64,000 nucleotides of DNA, from the NCBI GenBank assembly GCA_051294375.1, contig CM119269.1, positions 12,928,790-12,992,789 on the forward strand. The letters are read 5' to 3'. The stretch comes from Paraspadella gotoi (taxonomy: Eukaryota > Animalia > Chaetognatha). Both the position numbers and the translations under genes were made by a program. Of this stretch, positions 56,601 through 64,000 are shown piece after piece; within the stretch, counting starts at the first letter, position 1; every line of letters begins with the position of its first letter. The notes under the pieces are model-generated. The model did not search any database, was not told where the DNA came from, and was given only the letters and a program-made list of their open reading frames with translations.

Positions 56601-58078
56601 GGCTCACAAAGAAGGGGAGGTTTTGAAAGAGCGGCGGAGAGGCGTCAAGGGCAGCAGTCGAAGGAAGACGCCGGCGCGGAAGCGGCTGGAAGATGCGCTG
56701 AGGAAGGGAAACGACAGAGAGATACTAGAGGCTTTGAAGGTCCCGACTTATGTATTCACGTGTAAAGGTAAAGTTATTCGGTACACAAAAAAACTAAGGT
56801 ACGATCATATTTTGGTATTCACTTCCAGGCTTGCACGAGGTGTGCTTCCCGACGATGATGCCGCTCATGAAGAGGGCGAGCAGGCAACTCGTCCAGGCGG
56901 GCTCTCAAGGAGACAAGCTCCATGAACGACTTGTCATATTATAATTATTAACAAGGTTGTATGAAATTGGTACAACCAATACTAAAATTATCCATTCATT
57001 TAAATAAATAAAGCTATCGTTGCCCTGACTTTGGACAGGGCTTTGTGTGGTTTAAGGCCCCCATCCACTCTCTTACAAGATAATGACATAGCAGGTCCCT
57101 TGCAAGCTTTCAAATCAAAAAATGACTTTTTTCACAGTCTCGTTTATTCCCTCCACAAGTACCTGGCTCCCTCTATCAATGAAGTGGAAAATATTTTCAA
57201 AAGAAAGTTTCAATTGTAATGAAAAACCACTAACACCCGTAAACACATACACTAGACCATTAACCCTAAATATTAATGTTATTAAGTGAATCCCCCCACT
57301 TCTCTCTCTTTTCTTTTTCTCTCTCGGTCTCCTCTTCTACTCCTCTTCTTCTCTCTCTCTTCTCTCCCTCTCTCTCTCTCTCTCTCTCATCCTCTCCCGT
57401 CTCTCTCGTTCGTCTCCGACTTAGCTCCAGTCGGTTCCCTCACTCCGATAAAACGTGATCGGGACGCCAAGCTATGGGAAGGAGGCTTATTCGCGGATAT
57501 GGAAAATGTCGGGGGCGACCCGGCAACGATCGCAAAGGCCAAAGCCAATTTGGGCCGATATGGAGTCACGTAGACGCCCAAGCTTAAGAAGGAATTGGAG
57601 GTGAAGCGGTGCCGGTCTGACTTCGACAGCGCCGTTGACCTTTTTATTTTAAAAACTGTAATCTGAAAACGGAATTGTGAGCAATTGAAAACATTTTTTT
57701 GTTTTTTTTTATCTTTGTTTTTGACGACAGGGTCGGCGCTTCGATGTCGGCAGAACCGAAGAGAATACAGGCGGCGCTGGAGAAAGCCAAGGCGCGCGGC
57801 CTTGTGATGAACGACGATCCGGCCCTGATTCAGAAGGCGGGAACACTTCTTCTCAGGCGCGTTGAGTGAAACTTAGCCTTTTACTTACCTTTAGTTTGGC
57901 GTTCTAAATCCAAATACTAATTAGGATGAGCTTATGTATAAATTATTTACCTCCAAGTGGCATCCGTAATCCTATTACAGGGCGGGGACCCCACCAAGGC
58001 CCTAAGGAGATCTGAAGAAATCCTCCGTAGGAGGCGCGGAGGGATACATGAAGGCAAACTGGCGCGAACGAAGGAAGT
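38328..58078 (+). CDS. Very large multi-exon uncharacterised protein, predicted alpha-helical and repeat-rich; truncated at the assembly gap, with several frameshifts after ~50 kb
   Basis: Phase-compatible GC-richer exons: 38328-38353, 38447-38615, 38684-38804, 40798-40950, 41118-41230, 41345-41435, 41558-41626, 41710-41851, 41973-42148, 42255-42335, small exons across 43590-46519, repeat exons 46583-49843, then 50069-50242, 51096-51207, 51685-51820, 52373-52495, 52613-52833, 53663-53934 and further exons to 58078. No family recognised; the start ATG is inferred. Confidence 0.75.
38810..40411. mobile_element. Non-autonomous hAT-like DNA transposon / fold-back element (~1.6 kb)
   Basis: Termini TAGAGCGTTGAAAAATAAC...GTTATTTTTCAACGCCCTA; 8-bp TSD ACGGTGAG (38802-38809 and 40412-40419); imperfect inverted arms of ~530-580 bp ending in a perfect ~45-bp inner inverted repeat (~39297-39342 / ~39828-39873); no transposase. 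Confidence 0.88.
42396..43550. mobile_element. Non-autonomous Chapaev-like (CMC superfamily) DNA transposon
   Basis: Near-perfect ~105-bp TIRs starting CACGGTTCTTTTTATAGGAGG and ending CCTCCTATAAAAAGAACCGTG; 4-bp TSD TCAA on both sides. CAC...GTG termini with a 4-bp TSD fit Chapaev. AT-rich non-coding interior. Confidence 0.85.
46583..49843 (+). repeat. Tandem exon array: 13 related exons encoding a 35-aa repeat (xGVRDSDPRMQALKKSLAEAGDKDEIQRQMEELR[RK])
   Basis: Nine exons of exactly 105 nt (46763-46867, 46940-47044, 47305-47409, 47542-47646, 47717-47821, 47905-48009, 48064-48168, 48243-48347, 48420-48524) plus variants 46583-46684, 48706-48840, 48918-49007, 49747-49843. Each is bounded by AG/GT. 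Confidence 0.93.
49103..49538 (-). mobile_element. Helentron-associated / DINE-1-like non-autonomous element
   Basis: Minus strand reads 5' TTTTAGCCGGATCTGC-TTACA-GCAGATTCCGGC (subterminal repeat plus internal inverted copy), GTCC-type microsatellite, then 3' subterminal repeat GCAGATCCGGC, short stem-loop GTTTG-CT-CAAAC and CTAGTTTT. Also present in the duplicate at ~62486-62917. Confidence 0.7.
50395..51090. repeat. C-rich minisatellite, ~50-56-bp unit (CCCCGAATCCCCTCACTTCCCCCTTACCCAATCCCCCAAATCCGTCCCCCTT)
   Basis: About 13 degenerate units filling most of one intron. Confidence 0.9.
51866..52136 (-). mobile_element. DINE-1/Helentron-like interspersed repeat (copy B)
   Basis: Diverged homologue of 2916-3287. 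Confidence 0.65.
55671..56337 (+). mobile_element. TRIM (terminal-repeat retrotransposon in miniature), intronic
   Basis: Two ~237-bp direct repeats (55671-55908, 56102-56337; TATGGTGGAC...CA); PBS-like TGGTGACCCGA at 55910; polypurine tract AGGGGGGGA at 56091-56099 just before the 3' LTR; ~190-bp non-coding interior; TSD only partly preserved (GTGC / TGC). Confidence 0.82.
56960..57081 (+). repeat. ~115-bp interspersed repeat
   Basis: Same family as 26806-26920. Confidence 0.8.
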
Positions 58079-58103
58079 NNNNNNNNNNNNNNNNNNNNNN
58101 NNN
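58079..58103. other. Assembly gap (25 N)
   Basis: Run of N. Confidence 1.
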
Positions 58104-61100
58104 TAAATAAGAAAGAAATTGAACTAGTAATAAACAGAAACGATAGTTCCTTTTTACCGAACCTGTGCTTCTATAGCGGTGCTCTTGTCTTGCAGATTAT
58201 GACATTAATAACTGGCTATTAGGAGTTGGACGATTAAGAGAAAACATGAAATAACAAATTAATAAACCAATAAATTCCCGAGTCTCCTAAGAATGTAGAT
58301 ATCAAGTCAATATTCAATACGATTCCGCAAGCTCGATGATTTTATGTCAAAACCGGTTCAATATCGGCCAATCGCGATTCATTCCGGCACTTGATAGAGC
58401 CTCTCGATAAAATTATCTTATCATTGTTTATCTAATAATCATAATTATTAATCACGCTCATAATACAATCCGTCTATGTTGTTAATTATTATTTATTTTC
58501 TCTTCAGTGACGAATCTCCGTGTGAAGAAGAATCAGGATCTGAACTGGAAGAGACAGCAGCCCCGAGCAAAAAGTCTGCGGCGTCGGCTGCGGGCTCTGT
58601 CGCCGCGTCGGCTTCAGTGGCGGCGCCTCCCGGGCCGGCGGCGTCGAAGAAATCCGCCTTGGCTGCCTCCGTGAAACCGCCGGCTCACGTTGACAGGGTC
58701 GTCCAGGAAGCTTCTCGGTATCGATCCCGACTCTGTCTCTGTTGTCGCTTTACTTTTTTAGAAGTTAAAAGGAATATTTCTTTCGTGAAGGCCAGGGCGG
58801 ATCATCGAGACCAACTTACAAGTCTGTTAGGAGCAAAGCACGAGCACATGTCAGTTGTTACTTTTTCCTGTTTGGCATTTGTTTTGTGAAATTACAAATT
58901 AGATTTGTAAGATTTTGGATTATGTTCGATGCCTTTTTCTTGTGATCAATTATGTCACTAGTCAGAATGTCAGTCAGTTTTTTTCTCTTTTCTATACTAC
59001 TTTAAATAATTATAATTCGCCAGAAATATCCTTAAAAATGTCATTGTTACGAAGATGGAAACAATTCCTCTCTCAGATACGACCCCTGGAATGATGTTCG
59101 ACAGCGGGTCAAGCTCCTCTTTTGAATTTTCTGATTACGAAAGGTGAATTTAAATCGAAAAATCTTAAAAATTCGCTTAACATTTGATGAAATGTCTGAT
59201 TGAAACACGATAAAAAGCAATTAGAAATTTTTAAAATAGTGTCTTGCTTCCGTATCATTTTCAAAGGTGTCTCTGTCAGGCAAATGTTTCTTCGGTATTT
59301 TAAATTATGCATAAATAATTTTATAGGAAACTATACCTGTTATTATTGTTTGACAGAGGTCCGAAGGCGGCTCGACCTCCCACCAAGCCTCCGATCGATC
59401 GCGGCGAAGGTAATCGGAACCGAAGACTGAATCGATTGCACTCCTTGATTTTATTCATTTATTTATTTTGGAGGGATCTTTTTGTCAATTTGCTCAGGCC
59501 CCGCTTTCGACAAAGCCTCTCGGGCGCCCACCGTCGCTAGCAAAATAACGAAAAAGAGTACATTCTGTGAGTTAACTTTAACTAACGAAGATTACATTCT
59601 GTGTTAAACTTTAACAACTTTAACTAACGAAGATTACATCTGTGAGGTTAACTTTTGAGATTTAAAATTGTCGTATTCTCCCGGACTGCTTTTTCAGTAC
59701 AAGATAATATTACAGCATTGGTAACCGACTTTTTAAAAAAAAATTACATATTTTAGAGGTCAGCCCTTTTTTCTTTTCCACCACTCTTGGCCATACTTTT
59801 CCCAGCAACTGCGCCTGGAATGGTCTTCGACGATTTTGGGTCGGGTTCCCTTTCTAGGACGAGTTCGAGCTCCGTCGGATGCAAATGGAAGAGCTGAGGC
59901 GGTAATTTCTCAGTTTATCGGTTGAAAAACAAAGCAATCGATTATCAGATGTTGTCCACCGCAGAGCTGGAGTCGGGACAGCGATCCCAGGATGCAGGCG
60001 CTGCTGAAGGGCGCCAAGGCGTCAAAGGCCGACGACCTCAAGAGACAAATGGAGGAACTAAGAAGGTCGGCGGTCGATTTTCGGGCTGAAATTGTGCAGT
60101 AGCAAAACCGGATAAACGTTATTTCTTTGCGCCACTTAATAGGCAGGGAGTTCGTGATAGCGATCCAAGAATGCAAGCGTTAAAAAAGTCCTTGGCTGAA
60201 GCAGGGGACAAAGATGAAATTAAAGACAAATGGAAGAATTAAGGAGGTCAGTTTTAGTTGTTTTTAACATATATTTTCGAGTGAACATATTTATCCGTTC
60301 TTTGCACGACTTAATAGGCAGGGTTCGTGATAGCGATCCAAGAATGCAAGCTTTAAAGAAATCGCTTGCTGAAGCCGGGGACAAAGATGAGATTCAACGA
60401 CAAATGGATGAATTGAGGAGGTTTGTTCTTTTAATTTAGATTATATTTATTTATATTATAAAATTGGTACAACCAATATAAAAATTATCCATTCATTTAA
60501 TAAATATGTTATGCTTATGTGCTATATATATAGCTATGCTTATTTATTTCGCATATATATGTATTGTCTTATAGTTTTGAAATTTTATTTAATTTTTTTA
60601 ATGTTATCTCATTTTATTGTATATTTTTATTATTTGTTAATCAAACATAAAGAGCATAATAGCGTTTCGCTTCTAATAATAGGCAGGGAGTTCCGGATAG
60701 CGGACCCACGAATGCAAGCATTAAAGAAGTCCGCTTGCCGAAGCTGGAGATAAGGATGAACTTAAAAGACAAATGGAAGAATTAAGGAGGTTGCAAGTTT
60801 TCATTTTCTACCAATTTTAAATTCTTTTATAACTGTTTATTTTTTTAAAATATTTCCGTATTTTTTTCATTTTTTTAAAAAACAAAATGAGTATAAAAGT
60901 TGTTGGCATATTCCTATAGGCAGGAGTGGCGTGACAGCGATCCACGAATGCAAGCATTAAAAAAAAAATCGCTTGCAGAGAAGCCGGAGACAAGGATGAA
61001 ATTCAAAAACAGAATGGAGGAATTGAGAAGGTCAATAATTTTTTAATAATTTCTTAAGCAAATAATTTTGGAATAATATATTTTTGCTTTTCATAATAGA

Positions 61101-64000
61101 CAGGGGTGCGTGACAGCGACCCAAGAATGCAAGGCTTTAAAGAAATCGCTTGCAAGGACAGATCAAAAAAGATGATATCAAAAGAGAAAGAAGAATTAAG
61201 AAAGTAAATGATATAGATTATCTTTTTTTTAATTATTTTCCCATTAAGATTTTACATTATTGTTGTGTTTTTTCTCCTCATACTAGGCAAGGGGTGCGAG
61301 ACAGTGACCAAGAATGCAAGCTTTGAAAAAAAGTCCCTTGCAGAGGCGGAGACAAAGATGAAATTCAAAGACAAGATGGAAAATTACGAAAGTATTATTA
61401 TAGCTATTTATACAATTTAATATGTTACCAGTTTTTTTTTATCAGGGCTGGAGTTCGTGACAGCGACCCCAGAATGCAAGCATTAAAAAAGTCGCTTGCT
61501 GAGGCAGATGAAAAGATGACATCAAACGTCAAATGGAAGAATTAAAAAGTGAATGTTAAAATTATTTTTAAACTTTTACCTCAAGGACTTTTATTATTGT
61601 TGTTTTTACTTCGCACATTAGGCAGGGAGTTCGTGACAGTGATCCGAGAATGCAAGCATTGAGAAAGTCCTTAGCAGAGGCTGGAGACAAAGACGAAATT
61701 CAAAGACAGATGGAAGAATTAAAAAAGTAATTTACTAAATACTATATTTTTAATTTTTGGGATTATTCTCATTCAAAATTTTTTCTTTTTTTTTTAGGGC
61801 GGGAGTTCGCGATAGCGATTCAAGAATGCAGGCATTAAGAAAGTCGCTTGCGGAAGCAGAAACAAAAAGATGAAATCCAAAGGCAAATGGAAGAATTGAG
61901 AAAGTATGTTATTTTACAATTAAGTAACTGAAAAGCCCATATTATTACCTTTTTCATCTGAAGTGTCTAGAGTCACTTAAAACATTCTTGATCTATTAAA
62001 AGTTATCTCAGAAAAGTGCAGAGTTCAAGAAGTACAAGGTTCTCTCCCTTTACCTACATTAGCCTCTACTTTTCACCCAATTGCAGATCTGGGGTACGCG
62101 ATAGCGATCCCAGGATGCAGGCGCTAAGAAAGTCATTGGCGGAGACGGAAGGAGGTAAGGTCAGCGCCGCCGATCAGGCCGCGCGGGACGACGTCGCGAG
62201 ACAGATGGAGGAACTGAGAAAGTAAGTATCGCTTAGAGAGATTGATAATGATCGCTTCGTCTCAACCGCTCATTGGTTGGTTTCTTTAAACCAATCAGAA
62301 TGGGCGTCCGCGATAGCGATCCACGAATGCAGCAATTGCTGAAAGAGGACGAGCGATTGGCTGATAAGATGTTGGAAGAAGCGAAAAAAGTAAGTCGTTT
62401 TTGACGTTGAATAATGAATATCTCTTTTTTCAACTTGAAATCGGTACAGTTTCCAGTTTTTTAAGTGATTGTGTTAAACGAATTAAAACTAGTTTGAGCA
62501 AACAATGCCGGATCTGCCCACGATCATTAGCGTGCAGCTGATCACACAAGGTCTTAATAATTTATTAATTAATATATTAAATAATTAATTAATAAATTAA
62601 ATAATTAATTAATTAATATTAATTTTTTTATTCTCGTTCAAATCTTTTTTCCACTTTGCCTCGACCACAAAACAACAATATCGATTACAAAATTATAAAT
62701 TATAAAAATAATAAATTAATTAATTACAAAATAATTAATTAATGACTAATTTATTAATAATCTACGGACGGACGGACAACATTTTATTTTGCATAATTTA
62801 TCATAATTCGATATTCTAAGATGATGTAAGTAACTTACCAACAAGATTTGGCGGTGGGACCGACGGACCGAAAAGGTGGATTATAGACCGGAATCTGCTG
62901 TAAGCAGATCCGGCTAAATTATACCTGAGATTCTAACACGCATATCGCTCTTCCATGCCTCTAAAGCAATAAATCTTACGTGAAGGTAAAATCGTGATAA
63001 GTTGAAAATACCATATTCATAAGTCTAGAAAGATTACATACAGAAATTCTAAAAGTCAATTATGAACAACATACGCATCAGGTGAAACATTTAATGTTGT
63101 AAAAAAAAATTAATTTTGTTTTAATTTTCGCATAGCCTATATTTATATATAGTACTATCCTTATAAAATCGAAAAATTTCAAAATGGGTTTCTTAATTTT
63201 TGATTGCAGATGTGAATTCCTCGTCAAAGTTGATTTAGAAGAAAATATAAATCATTTTAAAAATTCTTTCACTTAAAGTGAGTTAAAAATTTAAAAAAAC
63301 TATTATTTTAATATATAAAAAATTAATTTCAGCTTTAAAAATAGCTTTTTCTAATTTTTGACCCACTTAATGAAGAATTTTTCAAAAAGAGTATATGTCT
63401 TTTTATCAAACTTTTTTATGACAAATCCAAATCTGCCTAAAAAATTTAGAAAAAACTGTTTTGAAATTTTAACATTTATGGTTTAGTACTATGTATTAAA
63501 ATATGGCTCTACTGCGCATACAAATTGTTAAAATTTATTATAAATTTTTTTTAGCATAAAATGTTCTATACAGTATAGGTGTTCGTCCTCACTTTTGAAT
63601 TTTAATTTAAAGTTAATAACTTTAGGAATTTTACTACGCCGTTAATATTCCATGATATGAATTAAATTAAGTAGTAAAACTCATGATAAGATCATCAAAA
63701 TTTTATATTCTGCTTTTTAGGCCTTAGTATTCTCCGAACCTTGATCAGTCATGTTCATGTCATTTGTCATCTTCAGACGGGACTCCGCGACGAAGATTCA
63801 AGCAATGAAAGATCTTCGAGTCGCCGTCGGGGAGAAAGCACGAACGTCAGGCCAAGCTTGACAAGGAGTTGGAATGAGAGAGAGATAGAGAGAGACAGAG
63901 AGAGAGAGGAGAGAGAGAGAGACAAGAGAAGAAGAGAGAGGAGAAGAGGAGTAGAGAAGAGAGAGGAGAGAGGGTCATGAGGAAAGGGATGAGAGATAGA
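58104..64000 (+). repeat. Second, indel-rich copy of 44722-~49900 (probable uncollapsed haplotype or scaffolding duplicate)
   Basis: Colinear near-identity of both exons and introns starting exactly at the gap; differences are mostly 1-nt indels that frameshift the repeat exons. Confidence 0.93.
63020..63644. mobile_element. Copy of the 22118-22853 MITE family, absent from the homologous site at ~49622-49629
   Basis: Homologous to 22118-22853, right end TTTTACTACGCCGTTA; flanked by an approximate direct repeat ATATTCA that occurs once at the empty site. Confidence 0.82.

Noticed and set aside
58104-64000. Genuine paralogue or pseudogene of the repeat gene
   Set aside because: Begins exactly at an N gap, introns are near-identical and differences are mostly homopolymer-type indels; a haplotig is more parsimonious, though not proven.

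Overview
AT-rich, intron-dense DNA from an invertebrate animal, full of (GA)n/(CT)n microsatellites. Most of the ORF track is microsatellite or antisense noise, so genes were rebuilt exon by exon from splice signals. Four genes are present: (1) the 5' part of a death-associated protein kinase (DAPK-like, minus strand, 3 coding exons, 11-kb first intron); (2) a complete macoilin/TMEM57 gene (minus); (3) a miRNA-class Argonaute with an intact DEDH tetrad (plus), head-to-head with macoilin; (4) a very large uncharacterised alpha-helical protein gene (plus, 38.3-58.1 kb) with an array of tandem-duplicated 105-nt exons. After a 25-N gap, 58104-64000 repeats 44722-~49900 with many indels and one extra transposon, most likely an uncollapsed second haplotype. 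Mobile DNA: hAT-like and Chapaev-like non-autonomous elements, a fold-back MITE family, Helentron/DINE-1-like elements and a TRIM mini-retrotransposon. The best candidate for an undescribed system is inside Argonaute. A skippable 72-nt exon has its acceptor locked in a bistable hairpin and is flanked by two large, repeat-free introns with multibranch RNA structures; one carries a CUAACCC motif next to a long-range helix. The gene also has an alternative donor and a 3'-UTR intron. All RNA structures were paired by eye and need computation.
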